Assembly: GCF_009914755.1 (NCBI RefSeq)
Contig: NC_060930.1
DNA length: 64,000 nt
Reading direction: 5' to 3' (one strand)
Source: the human T2T-CHM13v2.0 reference genome, Homo sapiens
Part shown: positions 12,065-25,644 of the stretch, one piece after another
Position numbering within the stretch: the first letter of the stretch is position 1
How the letters are laid out: each line of letters opens with the position of its first letter
Translations under genes and position numbers: made by a program
Notes under the pieces: model-generated
Database searches by the model: none
The model's input: the letters and a program-made list of their open reading frames with translations, nothing else
What the model was told of the DNA's origin: nothing

Positions 12065-13496
12065 ATGCCCTTTTCCTTCTTCATGATCTGATCAAAATGA
12101 AAAAGTGTCCCTAATCACTTTAGCTGAAACTTCATATTTTAATAATACACATTGTTGGCATCTTTTGCTTTTCTAATTAAATATTTCCTCTATTTTTTAT
12201 TTTATTCATAAGATCATATGCATCTTGAGAGCAGGATAATCTCATGGCCCTATTTCACACCATTTTGTTCATGACATGGCATTCAAAAAACACTCTGAAC
12301 ACGTTTTGTTTCTATCTTTTAATAAAGCTATAAATTGATTTGACAGTAATGTCTATGCATTACTTCTATACATGATATAGAAGTTAAGTTCATATACTTG
12401 CTGACTGGTTAATCCATTATATTTAACCAATATAATTTGATTTGGCAAATAAAGCTAATGATTTTCATAAATACAAAAGTTCCTCAAGTCTATTACTTAA
12501 TAGATAAGGCAGAATTTTCCTTAGTGATTCTTTCATCTGTATTATTAAATGTTTATGTTTATGTGTTGTAACAGAATAATGCTATTCGTCATCATTTACA
12601 TGCTATTACAAGAACATTATTATACTTATTCATATTATAGAAAATTAGAAGATTTTAACTGTGTATAACTTAATATTCCATTGTGAAAAGAAAATGATAT
12701 TAATATTTCCATTATTTTATCAGGATATAATCAGCTAACATTGTCACATAAGCCCACATAGTATCCAATACTGTAGCAGCACAGAAATGGGTTTTATTTC
12801 CACTATATTAGGTATTGAATAAAACTGCATGTTGGGACTTTTAAATTAACTTTTAATGTTACTTTAATGAGGCAGAATTTCTGCCAATCCAGTCCCCAAG
12901 GCAATATTATTTAGCAGTACTTTGTGTTTTAGTTTTATATTTTCAGGAATGCCACACTACCATGGGGACTTATTAGATGCAGTCTGGTTTGTTCAATAGA
13001 CCTTCTTTCCTATATTAAGGCAGTCTAACAGGGAAGAAGAGAAGCAGATGATAAGCTGGTGACTGTACCTGCTGAATGTACATATTGCTATTATTTGCAA
13101 TTATGTATATTTATTTGATTTTTGTCCTTATATTTCAATCAAGTTTATAAATTAATTGGTCATGATGTCTATGTCTTCAATTTTTAAACTTTCTCTTGAA
13201 TAGGTGTAAACTTATATTATGGGGAAGATAATATTGATTTGTGACCTTCTACTATGGCTACCACCTACTTTTCAATCTTACTCTGTATCTATTGTAATAT
13301 AGTAGGAGTAATATAACAATTTTTTAAATTCTTGATGAAAAACTTTACATTTATACAACTGATTATAATGTTTTCATGTGTTTCTGTGAATATGAGTATA
13401 AATTTAAAAATAATAAAATGATAATCTGAGGAATAGCACTAAAAAGATAGGAAATTTGCCACAGCCTATCTTCTGAAATTTTGAATTCTACTTTAA

Positions 13497-16274
13497 TTTT
13501 TTTTTAACTTTTAATTTCAGGGGTACAAGTGCAGGTTTGTTACATAGGTAAACTTGTGTCGTGGGGGTTGTTATACAGATTATTTCATCACCCAGGTATT
13601 AAGCCTAGTACCCATTAGTTGTTTTCCTGATTATCTCCCTCCTCCCCAACTCCACCCTCCAAAACTCCCCAGGGTGTTTTGTTCCCCGCTATGTGTCCAT
13701 GTGTTCTCGTCATTTAGCTCCCACTTATTAATATGCACATGCGCTATTTGGTTTTCTGTTCTTGTGTTAGTTTGCTAAGGATAATGGCCTCCAGCTTCAT
13801 CCATGTCCGTGCAAAGGACATGATGTGCTTCTTTATTATGGCTGCATAGTATTCCATGGTGTATGTGAGCCACATTTTCTTTATCCAATCTGTCATTTAT
13901 GGGCATTTGGGTTGATTAGATGTCATTGCTCTTGTGAATAGTGCTGCAATGAACATAAACATGCATATGTCTTTATAATGGAATGATTTATATTCCTTTG
14001 GGTATATACCCAGTAATGGGATTTCTGGGTTAAATGGTAATTCTGGCTTTAGGTCCTTGAGGAATTGCCACACTGTCTTCCACATGGTTTGAACTAATTT
14101 ACATTCTCACCAACAGTGTAAAAGCATTCATTTTTCTCTACAACCTTGCTAACATGTGTTATTTTTTGACTTTTTAATAATAGCTATTCTGATTGCTGTT
14201 GGATGGTATCTCATTGTGGTTTGGATTTGCATTTCTCTAATGATCAGTGATGTTGAGCTTTTTTTTTCATGATAGTTGGCCACATGTATGTTTTCTTTTG
14301 AAAAGTGTCTGTTCGTTTACTTTGCCTATATTTATGGGGCCATTTTTTTTCTTTTAAATTTGTTTAAGTTCCTTATGGATGCTAGATATTAGACCTTTGT
14401 CAGATGCATAGTTTGCAAAAATGTTCTCCCATTCTGTAGGTTGTCTGTTTACTCTACTGATAGTTTCCTTTGCTGTGCAGAGCTTTTTAGTTTAATTAGA
14501 TCCCATTTTCCAATTTTGCTTTTGTTGCAATTGCTTTTGGCATCTTCATCATGAAATCTTTGCCTGGGCCTATGTCCTGAATCATATTGCTTAGGTTGTC
14601 TTCCAGGGTTTTACATTTAAGTCTTTAATCCATCTTGGGTTGATTTTTGTATATGGTGTAAGGAAGGCATCCAGTTTCAGTCTTCTGCATACGGCTAGCC
14701 AGTTATCCCAGCACCATTACTGAACAAGGAATCCTTTCTCCATTGCTTTTATCAAGTTTGTCGAAGATCAGATAGTTGTAGGTGTGTGGTCTTATTTCTG
14801 GGTTCTCTTTTCTGTTCCATTTGTCTATGTATCTCTTCTTGTACCAGTACCATGCTATTTTGGTTACCATAGCCCTGTAGTATAGTTTGAAGTCAGGTAG
14901 CATGATGCCTCCAGCTTTGCTCTTTTTGCTTAGGATTGCCTTGGCTATTCGATCTCTTTTTTGGTTTCATATGAATTTTAAAATAATTTTTTCCAGTTCT
15001 GTTAGGAATGTCAATGGTAGTTTAATGGGAATAGCATTGAATCTATTAATTGCTTTGGGCATTATGGCCATTTTTGTGATATTGATTCTTCCTATCCAAG
15101 GGCATGGAATGTCTTTCTATTTCTTTGTGTTATCTCTGATTTCTTTGAGTGGTGGTTTGTAATTCTCTTGTAGAGATCTTTTACCTTCCTAATTAGCTTA
15201 TATTTCTAAATATTTTATTCTTTTATTTTTGTAGCAATCGTGAATGGGAGCTCATTTGTGATTTGGTTCTTGGCTTGATTGTTGTTAGTGTATAAGGGAT
15301 CCTAGTGATTTTTGCACATTAATTTTGTATCCTAAAATTTTGCTGAAGTTACTCATCAACTTAAGAAGCTTTTGAGCTGAGACAATGGGGTTTTCTAGAT
15401 AGAGGATCATGTCATCTACAAATAGGGATAGTCTGATTTTCTCTCTTCCTATTTGAATGTCCTTTATTTCTTCCTCTTGCCTGATTAAAGTTCCAGTACT
15501 ATGTTAAACAGGAGTGGTGAGAGAGGGCATCCTTCTCTTGAGTCAGGTTTCAAGGGAAATGCTTCCAGCTTTTGCCCATTCAGTATGATGTTGGCTGTGG
15601 GTTTGTCATATATGTCTCGTCATTTTGAGGTATGTTCCTTCAATACCTAGTTTATTAAAAGTTTTTAACATGAATGGATGTTAAATTTTATTGAAAGCCT
15701 TTTCTGCATCTATTGAGATAATCATGTAGTTTTTGTTTTCATTTCTGATTATGTGATGAATTACATTTATTGATTTGCATATGTTGAACCACCTTGCATC
15801 CCAGCAATGAAGCCTACTTGATCATGGTGGATAAGCTTTTTGATGTGCTGCCTGATTTGGTTTGCCAGTATTTTATTGAGGATTTTTGCATCAATGTTCA
15901 TCAAGGATATTGGCCTGAAGGTTTGTTGTTGTTGTATCTCTGCCAGGTTTTGGTATTAGGATAATGCTGGCCTAAGAAAATGAGTTAGAGAGGAGTCCCT
16001 TCTTTTTAATTTTTTGGAATAGTTTCAGTAGGAATGGTACACATTCTTTACTGTACATCTGGTAGAATTCAGCTGTGAATCCATCTGGTCCTGGCCTTTT
16101 ATTGTTTGGTTGATAGACTATTTATTACTGCTTCAATTTCAGGACTCATTAATGGTCTCTTCAGAAATTCAATTTCTTCCTGGTTCAGTCTTGGGAGAGT
16201 GTATGTGTCCAGGAATGTATCTATTTCTTCTAGAGTTTCTAGTTTATGTGCATAGAAGGGTTTATAATATTCTC
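13497..16274 (-). mobile_element. L1PA (older, approx. PA13-16), non-inverted 3' part
   Basis: L1PA 3'UTR 'ggggtacaagtgcaggtttgttacataggtaaac'; ORF2 remnants [20 protein letters not shown] and [16 protein letters not shown]. Confidence 0.95.
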
Positions 16275-16499
16275 CAAAGGCTAGCAAAAGACAAGAAATA
16301 ACCAAAATCAGAACTGATCTGGAGGAGATGGAGACATGAAAACCATTCAAAAGAACAAAGAATCCAGGAGCTTGCTTTTTGAAAAATAAATAAATAAATA
16401 GGGTGCTAGATAGACTAATAAAGAAAAAAAGAGAGAAGATTCAAATAAACACAATCAGAAATGATAGGAGGATATTATGACTGATCCACAGAAATACAA
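16275..16499 (+). mobile_element. Inverted 5' segment of the same L1PA (twin priming)
   Basis: Sense ORF2 'gctagcaaaagacaagaaataaccaaaatcag...gatccacagaaatacaaa'; TSD aattctactttaa (13484-13496) / aattccactttaa (16500-16512). Confidence 0.9.
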
Positions 16500-16928
16500 A
16501 ATTCCACTTTAAAAATACCACCTTTTATTATGATTTATTCAAATTTCTCATGCACTGATTAACTTCTAAAAATTTTTTATTTCCATAGGTTTTTTGGGAC
16601 AGGTGGTGTTTGGTTACATAAGTAAGCTCTTCAGTGGTGATTTGTGAGATGTTGGTGTACCCATTACCCAAGCAGTATATACTGAACCCAATTTATAGTC
16701 CTTTGTCCCTCACTGCCCCCCACCCTTTCCCTTAAGTCTCCGAAGTCCATTGTGTCATTCTTATGCCTTTGCATCTTCATAGCTTAGCTCCCACTTATGA
16801 GTGAGAACAATACAGTGTTTGGTTTTCCATTCTTGAGTTACTTCACTTACAATAATAGTCTCCAGTTCCATCCAGGTTGCTGCAAATGCCATTAATTCAT
16901 TACCTTTTATGGCTGAGTAGTATTCCAT

Positions 16929-17151
16929 CATATATATATATATATATAGTATCATATATATAGTACCATATATATATAGTATCATATATATAGTATCATA
17001 TATAGTATCATATATGTATATATAGTATCATATATAGTATCATATATATGTGTGTATATGTGTATATATATACATATATGATACTATATATAGTATATAT
17101 GTGTGTATATATATACACATATATATGTATATATGTATACATATATACATA

Positions 17152-17183
<32 letters not shown>
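16929..17183. repeat. Compound (TA)n/(TG)n array with 'tatatagtatca' units
   Basis: Direct reading. Confidence 0.95.
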
Positions 17184-17367
17184 GTATCTCTGCCAGGTTT
17201 TGGTATTAGGAAAATGCTGGCCTAATAAAATGAGTTAGGGAGGAGTCCTTTCTTTTTAATTTTTTTGGAATAATTTCAGTAGGAATTGTACACATTCTTT
17301 ATTGTACATCTGGTAGAATTCAGCTGTGAATCCTTCTGGTCCTGGCCTTTTATTGTAGTCCTTTATA

Positions 17368-17413
<46 letters not shown>

Positions 17414-17563
17414 TACATATATATATGGTGTGTGTGTATATATATATATATGGTGTGTGTGTATATATATATATGGTGTGTATATATATGTGGTGTGTAT
17501 ATATATGGTGTGTATATATATGCGGTGTGTATATATATGTGGCATATATATATATATATATGT

Positions 17564-17603
<40 letters not shown>

Positions 17604-17612
17604 ATATATATA
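17368..17612. repeat. Compound (TA)n/(TATATATGGTGTG)n array
   Basis: About 20 pure TA units at 17371-17410, then degenerate units. Confidence 0.95.
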
Positions 17613-18959
17613 CACACCACAATTTCTTTATCCACTTGTTGATTGATGGGCAATTGGGCTGGTTCCATATTTTTGCAATTGCAAATTGTGCTGCTATAAA
17701 TATTCATGTGCAAGTATCTTTTTCGTATAATGACTTCTTTTCCTCTGGGTAGATACCAGATAGTGGGATTGGTGGATCAAATGATAGTTCCACTTTCAGT
17801 TCTTTAAATAATCTCCACACTGTTTTCCATAGTGGTTGTACTAGTTTACATTCCCACCAGCTATGTAGAAGACTTTCATTTTCATTGCATCCATGCCAAC
17901 ATCTATTATTTTTTGATGTATTGATTATGGCCATTCTTGCAGGAGTAAGGTGATATCTCATGGTGGTTTTGATTTGCATTTCCCTGATCATTAGTGATGT
18001 TGAGCATTTTTTTCTTATGTTTATTGGTTCTAATTTCATTGTGAAAACAGCCAATTCCCACTTCTATCCCTGAGCCAAATACATCATAGCTAAGGAAGAA
18101 AAACTACATTCCTCTAAGCTAAAGACATAACAATTCTCTGATTAGTGAATTCAATGAGTGATGCAGAGGGAATCATGAACACCAGAGGGATCACATGCAT
18201 TTTATATTGGTGGTCAGATGTTGCACTTCTCAGTTGGTCTGTGCGTCCTGGAATGTGAGCTGGAGTGAAAGATGTGAAAACAAAGTGGAATATTGACAAG
18301 TCATGTAGCTCTCAAACCTGTCAGAATCTGGCATATTTTCTTATAATCCTTTCAATGTGAAGGCACAGGTTATCACAATAATGTGCTAATATTGTTTTAA
18401 AGTAGTCAGTAATGGGTATTTCCAAGTGAGTGTTTAAGGGAAAAACAGCAGTCAAACTCCTAAGATAACAAGAAATGCTAACGTTCTTAACTAGGAACCA
18501 TGGAACTTAGTTTCTTTTGTCAACTTACTCTCTTTTTTTTAACTTAAAAAAATTAATTGACTTTTTTAAGGTAGTTCACTTTTCAAGGCCTTTTGTTCTA
18601 AAAAGACTAATAGGAGGCAATATATTTCTCATCTGTTTCATGAGTGTTGCAAAGAATAATGAATAATGTGAAATAATATATTCATTAATTTGAAGAACAG
18701 AGCTTTATTAGTGCATAATTTCTGTTTTTTCCTTGCTTCATTGCCCATAACTAGCAAGATAGTGAAGGGTAAATTTATTAGGTTGAAAATAAAAATCAAC
18801 TTTGCCTATTTAAAAAGAATATCATATATTTATTTTTATGTCATTGTAAAATAATATTATACAAGTTTCTAAATATTTCGACAAAACAACTTTCTAAGCA
18901 TAGTTATTATTTCTATTTTAGTTTTTATACGTAACATTTATCTATTCAGCAAACAATCT

Positions 18960-19400
18960 CCAAATTATTTATTTAGCTGGTGATTTTGCTAGTCAGCCAA
19001 GAGTGTACACTGCCCTCATCAGGGAGATTTACCCAGTCTTATCTGGGCTGCCTTATGCATCTGCTGCCATCCTCTATGTTAGTTACATAGCTCTGCTTTT
19101 GGGGTGTGCTGTCTATTGGTTGGGGCACCTTGCTCTCCTCTCTCATCATCTAAGCAGGCCAATTAGGGCATCCATTCATGGTAGCTGGGCAGGTTTCCAA
19201 AAGGCAGAAACATGTGAGGCACCTTGAGAGATAGGCTCAGAACGGTCCCAGTGTTACCTCCTCCACATTCTATTCACCAAAGACTTAAAAGGCTGAGACA
19301 CACTTTCCACGTCTTCCTGGGAATAGCTACAACATTGCATTGCAAGGGCATAGATAGTGCGGGGGGAATAATTGAGGCCAATTTTGCAATCAAACACTCC
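18960..19400 (-). mobile_element. MLT1-type MaLR LTR
   Basis: 'ggctcagaac...cctccacattctattcaccaaag...ggccaattttgcaatc' antisense MLT1 motifs. Confidence 0.6.
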
Positions 19401-19459
19401 ACCGTATTATGATACATTTAAGGTCTTAAAAACAGGTTCTTTATTCATATGACAAATAA

Positions 19460-19830
19460 GAGAATACCCACATCCCCTCTTGTTGGATATACAAACAGAT
19501 TATCTATCCTAGTCTTCCTTGAAGTTAGGTATGATCATGTGAAATCTGAGTGAAAGTGATACGTGCCATGCTTAGGTCTGGTCCATATAAATTGTTCACA
19601 TGTGATCATCTATTCTTGTTTTCTGCCTACTGCTGAATGGAATAACTGAGCTCTAGCTCAGGAGAATGTAGAGACCAAATATGGAAGATGCCTGGGCCCC
19701 TAAATGACTGCACAGAAACATCTATATACCAACCAGAAAGCATGATTGTGCTTTATGTGAAAGAGAAATAAGTGTCTATGTGTTAATACACTGAAATTTA
19801 GGAGATGATCTGTTACAGCAGCTGATATTA
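19460..19830 (+). mobile_element. MLT1 (MLT1J/I-like) LTR
   Basis: 'cttgaagttaggtatgatcatgtga', 'gagaaataag...cactgaaatttagg...tgttacagcagc'. Confidence 0.65.
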
Positions 19831-21314
19831 CTTCTCTTCATCTATGTAATTTTGTTATACGCAAATATTGGTACCCAGGATTCATTCTTTATTGGCATCG
19901 GTTTTAAATGGCTCTGTTAATATCTATTGGACTGTTTACTTAAAGAATTAGTACTGAAAGAAGAGCTACATCTGAAACCCTACAAAGATTAGTGTTAAAG
20001 GCAATTAGCAATGCAGTTTACTAATCAAGACATTTGCTTCCATATGCTAGGGCTGATGAGGGATTTCATTTTTCCTTATAATGTTTATATATTTTGCCTT
20101 AAAGATTAAACAATTGCCTTCTTTTATGTTTTTATGTTTCTCTGTTATTTACTGTTATAAATCAAATATTAATGTGCCCTAAATCATTGGTTTTCATCTT
20201 TTTTCTTGCATAAATTAATACTGGAAGAGTAAAATCCCCAAAGGGATGCCTGGTCCACGTGTTTCTGCTTCCTGGAGGCAAGAAAGTGTCAATAGATTAA
20301 TGGAAGCCATTAATAAAATACCAATTAAGTATTACCCAATTTTATTAAAAGTCAAAATTTAAATATTAACTTATTTCTTAAAAAATAGACACATAATCAT
20401 TTTATAAATATTTATATAATTATATAAATTATAATTATATAATTTATGTAATCATTTTATACATATTTATAGATTAAGTTTAGTTCACAGACCCTTGAGG
20501 GAACCTGGAGGCAATATCGGTAATTTCTGACATTAAGAATTTCCTCTCTCAATCATAAATTAGAAATAAAACAATACTATTAAAGGTAGCAACAATTATA
20601 CCTTTGAAGCTTTACATATTTCAAAGGAGTTTACAGTGAAATTTAATTTTCTATGTCTCTGTTAACACTTAACCTATGCGTCAGAGGTTGACTTAGGGAA
20701 AAATCTTTCATTTTACATTGTATTTGCAAATAAATCTAATAATAAAAGACTTCGAACTATTTGTGAAATCTGAAAGTGTTAACAGAATTAATTCCACTTG
20801 AAGATTTAGTATGAAATCTCTCACTAGAAAAAATTTGGTTATTTTTTACATCTTGCCAGTAGGACTATAAGTTTATTAGACATAAAAAGGAAAAAGTAAC
20901 AATGTCTATTGTTTGTAAAAAGTTCAATCAATCCATCCATGGGGCAATTTTACAATTATTTGGTGTGCTCTCTTCCATAGAAAGCACGATGTCCACTGGC
21001 TTTTTCCAATAAATGAACAATGGAATTTAATACAAATGAATGCAAGAGATAATTCCAATTATATTTGAATTGTCTTACATCCTTTGGATACAGCTATCAT
21101 CATTTCAGTACTATCAGAATTTCATCATATTGTGTCTAAACAGCCTGAATTCAATTATACGTCTTAACCTTTGGACTTGTTTTTACCCCACATGCTGCCT
21201 GAGACTACATGTGAGGTTTTGTGACAATGAACTTTTGGTGGGGGAGTTTTCTCTGGTTTTCTAAACTTGAAATAAGTGGTTTCTTCTTTCCTCCTTAACT
21301 GTTAACTATGAACG

Positions 21315-21925
21315 TTTTATTTTCAAATATTTTTAGATTTATAAAAGTGTAAAAAGATAATAGAGCTTCCATGTGTCCTACACTTGGTCTCTCCTATTAC
21401 CATCTTACCACGGTATAGTATATTTGACACCATAGAAATTAAGGAACTCACATAAATATATATGCATTCACTAAAGTCAATACTTCATTTATATTTTCCT
21501 AGTTTTTACTTAAAGTCTTTTTATTATTCCAAAATTCCAGCCGGGATTTCATATGACATTTAGTCATCATGTCTCCTTAGGCTTCTCTTAAGTGTGACAG
21601 CTTCTCAGACTTGCTTTGTTTTTGATAACCTTGACAGTTTTGAGGGCTACTAGTCAAATATTTTGTAGAGTGTCCTTTACGAGGCATTTGTCTAATTTTT
21701 TTTCTCATGATTAGATTGAGATTATGAGTTTTGTGGATGAAGACCACAGAGGTAAAAGTCATTCTTATATCATAGGAAGGGCTGCATCCTATCAATGTGA
21801 CTTATCACTATTGATGTTGATGTTCATCACCTGGCTGAGGTAATGCTATTCAGATTTTTCAAATTTAAAGTTATTCTCCTCTCGCCCTCCATTTAGTACT
21901 CTTTGGAAAAAAAGTCACTGTGCAA
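21315..21925 (-). mobile_element. L1MC/L1MB-type 3'UTR
   Basis: 'gtcatcatgtctccttagg...gtgacagcttctcagactt...accttgacagttttgagg'. Confidence 0.75.
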
Positions 21926-22689
21926 CCATTAAACATAATTTTCATAATTATTTTTAATGTGGGTCTATCTGTTTAAAAATTATTTTAAGTAGTAGAACTA
22001 CATATAAGAGTCCCTATTCTAATTTTATTTAGGTTATTTTCCAGGATTCCTTCTATTTCTGTATACCTATTATATAGTCATAGTAACAGGTTTTGTCTAC
22101 ATTGTTCCACAATAGTGGATATAAAGTAAATATGTATGTGCTTCAAAATCCACAAATATGTGATCAAGAAGATAGTGTTCTGTTGAAAGTTTAGTTTTGG
22201 CTCAGGATGTGCCAGAGAATAAGTGAGTGGGCCAGGATTTATTGATTTTTTACTTGCTGGAATTATGCGGTTGTGAAGGTCTTAAATAGGACATAGCAAT
22301 GAAAGAGAGGTACAAGATACTCCATCTCATTTTTTTTGATGCGTTATGTGTGTAAATATAAGAAAGTTTTGAAAGCTGCTTCAAGGTTAGTGACTTAGTG
22401 AACTATAAAACAACCTGCTCAAAGACAAAGAGCAGTGAGATAAGAACCCAGGAACCATGAAAAAATATGGTGGGAATGTTGAACGTATTTTTTAAACAAC
22501 TCATTTTATTAGACTAGAAGTTCAAGAGCAGTGTATGCTTTCCAGTGGAGAATACGGAACTTACAAGTCTAGGCCTCTTGTCCTCTAAAGACTAGAAATA
22601 TGGTAGGTTTCTTCAGTTACAAGGCAACAGCTCGGTTTTCCAATTGCCAGATTGAAATACAATTTTGAATTAAAAAAATAATCAATTAT

Positions 22690-23085
22690 AGAAATACACA
22701 GTAGAAGATGCCTGGTTTTGCAGAATAAAACCCCTCATATTTTTGTTAACCACAAGTTCAATATGTATCAGTATTGTGAAATAGCTGGTAGAATTTAGTG
22801 TAAGTTAGACAACATTAACAGATGAATAATAGTCCCCTGTCTTGAGTCTGCACTAGTCAAACCATACCTGAAGCTCTTCTTAGTTCAATATGTCACATCA
22901 TTAATAGTAATAATGACAATGATGATAATAGTATATTATTATACCTGTAAGGCACTTAAAAGTATAAAATTTACTTTCAAATGTATTATCCCATTTTAGC
23001 ACAGATCTTGACAAAATTTTATGCATCTATGGACCTACGAAGACATGATAAAATAAGTGTTGTGGAGAAAAAAATTTAAAAGATT
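22690..23085 (+). mobile_element. CR1/L3 LINE fragment (resumes ~24105-24170)
   Basis: 'accacaagttcaatatgtatcagtattgtga', 'tctgcactagtcaaaccatacctga' CR1-like. Confidence 0.5.
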
Positions 23086-23089
23086 TAGG

Positions 23090-24104
23090 CAGTTTGTTTT
23101 TTAAAGTGTGGTTTAAAACGACCCATTCATGGAATTGCAAGATCAAAAGCATTTTCATAATAGAAGATATTATTATTAGCCTTTTTCAGTGTATTGACAC
23201 TTGCGGTGTGGTACAAAAGTAACAGTGAGTAAAGTGCCTAATGTTTTTGCTTGAATAAAAGCAGTGGTAACAAAATGTACTAACAGTCATTGTATTCTTT
23301 ACAGTCAAGGACTCACAGGAAGTGGTAAAAAGGCCAGTTTTGTTTAAGAATGTCATTGATGGCACGATAATATTAATTGTATTAAATATCAACTCTTTGA
23401 GTGAATGTCTTTCTCATATTCTGTATGATGAAATGGGAAGTACACATAAAGCATTTCTACAGCATACTAAAGTGAACCAATGTTTTCCAAATGAACAATG
23501 TATGATATTTTAAAATTTTAACATTATGGGTAAAAGATCTACTCAAAATGCAAGTTAGACCAATGAATTGTAATGAGACAATAAAAAAAGTTTATCAATA
23601 CAATTTTGGGTTTCACATTGCAACCTTTATGAAACTATTAGCCAAATTTGGATGTGGTATCAAAGACTAAGATCCACAATTACCTGAAAAGGCAATTAAA
23701 ATACACTTTTCTCTTTTCAGCTACATATTTGTGTGCAGCAAGATCTTCATCAAAATAATTTACAGTAGATTGAAGGCAGAGAAGATATGAAAAATGAAAA
23801 TCCAACCATCTGAAGACATTGAAAGAATTTGTAAAAAATGTAAAACAGTAACATTCTTCTCATGAATTTATTTTTAGAATATATAATTTCCCATATTTAA
23901 AAGTAGGCTAGTTATGTTAACAAGTAACAGGATATTCATGTTATTTTATATAAATAAATAATCAAATATGTTAAAATGTATCAGTAATAATTTTTAATAT
24001 GGTGAATGTCAGTACATATAACTCATATACACAAAAGCTCTTTGAGGTTCTCAGCAATGGATTATAAAGAAATTCCTGTTACTAAAATGCTTGAGAACTC
24101 CTTG
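23090..24104. mobile_element. hAT-Charlie DNA transposon (Charlie1-like)
   Basis: Degenerate TIRs cagtttgttttttaaagtgtgg / ttgagaactccttg; internal 'gatgaaatgggaagtacacataaagc'. Confidence 0.75.
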
Positions 24105-24189
24105 CTGAAGAAAATCTAATAAATGAACAATGAGACAAGAAGGTAGCTGTCATAAAGTGTTTGAGATAATAACTTGGACCTCTTTTGTT

Positions 24190-24720
24190 TTTACCTTCTC
24201 AGCATCTAATTCTTTTTTTTTTTCTTTGATAGAAGCACTCCACTTTTGCTTTGAACAGCCATACTGCTTCTCTGTTTTAATTAGGGTTTATCTTAATTCC
24301 TAGCTGAGAGATAGACATTCTATCTAGGCATAGTAAATAAGTATACTCTATAAGCCCATCTCCTCATCTCTCAGCCAGAGTGATTAATCAAAAATAGACA
24401 TAAGCCAATGAGATTCAATTCTTAGACTTTTTAAGGAAACCTTGGAAAAGCGGCAGGTTCTTTTTGTTGGGGTTGATAAGCCAATAGGCTTTTTGCTAGA
24501 AGTGTTGTTGGCAACATTGTCAACATTTGGAGACATCTTTCTCAGAATGAAAGCATTGCAGAGGAAAATAGAGAGATAGTGTGAAACATAACTTTAATTC
24601 CATCATTTTTGAAACAATTCCAAGCCATGTCAATTTTGTGAGGCAGTAAATTTCTTGTTTGCAAAAATGTGCTTGAGATGGATTTTTCTCACTTACATCT
24701 GTAAAGATCCTATTGAGTAT
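24190..24720 (+). mobile_element. MLT1 (K/L-like) LTR
   Basis: 'gtgaggcagtaaatttcttg...tttttctcacttacatctgtaaagatcct'. Confidence 0.55.
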
Positions 24721-24836
24721 TCCTCCAGAAAGAATAAGAATCATGATTAAACAACTATATTCTTAATTTAAGTAAGAATTTCTGACAATCAGTATTTTAC
24801 CAGCCATGGTTCAAATTGCCTCATGGTATTATGTAA

Positions 24837-25148
<312 letters not shown>

Positions 25149-25610
25149 TGAGTTGGAAGAAAATTTGGAAAATAAAGGGCTCAACACCTTTGTTTTAAAA
25201 GTAAAGAAACTGTAATTCAAGTTTTTCATGTTATTTCTATATCCCTAATTAGTGGTAAAGAAAAAAATGATTTCATTGTTACTATACACATGTATAAACA
25301 TCCAATGACAGTGTTTCAGTGACTGTACAGATCTAAAGCATTCCAAAAAATGCTGGTAGGCTGAGCCATATGAGTTTTAGAGACCTATATAATTTCAAGA
25401 TTATACAAGTAATAGTAAAGAAGACTAAATAAAGTAGAGAGTTAAAGGAATTATGGCAAAGCCTATAATTGAAAATTAAAATATAATGATCATATTTAAG
25501 CAGTCAATTTTGACTCAGATCTATACAATCTTGCCTTCATATTATTTCTCTTGGTCATTAAAAATTCAGTTCTAGGGATTATTCATAAGAAAATGTTTAG
25601 ATTATAATCT

Positions 25611-25644
25611 CTGTGTGTGTGTGTTTGTCTGTGTGTGTGTGTGT
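25611..25644. repeat. Interrupted (TG)n
   Basis: Direct reading. Confidence 0.9.

Larger units (their letters stand above)
16572..18027 (-). mobile_element. L1PB 3' fragment containing TA/TG arrays and a foreign L1 insert
   Basis: 'ggacaggtggtgtttggttacata...gtggtgatttgtgaga' 3'UTR; resumes at ~17612 'caccacaatttctttatccac'. Confidence 0.9.

Noticed and set aside
12774-12788. tagcagcacagaaat equals the first 15 nt of miR-195-5p
   Set aside because: The 3' end diverges and no good pre-miRNA hairpin forms; a 15-mer match to some miRNA is plausible by chance
8869-13041. tctaacagg(a/g)aagaagag present at ~8869 and ~13024
   Set aside because: A single 17/18 match is plausible by chance in 64 kb of AT-rich DNA and does not extend
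17256-17752. Several 78-119-aa YI/IY-rich ORFs
   Set aside because: Translations of (TA)n/(TG)n microsatellite
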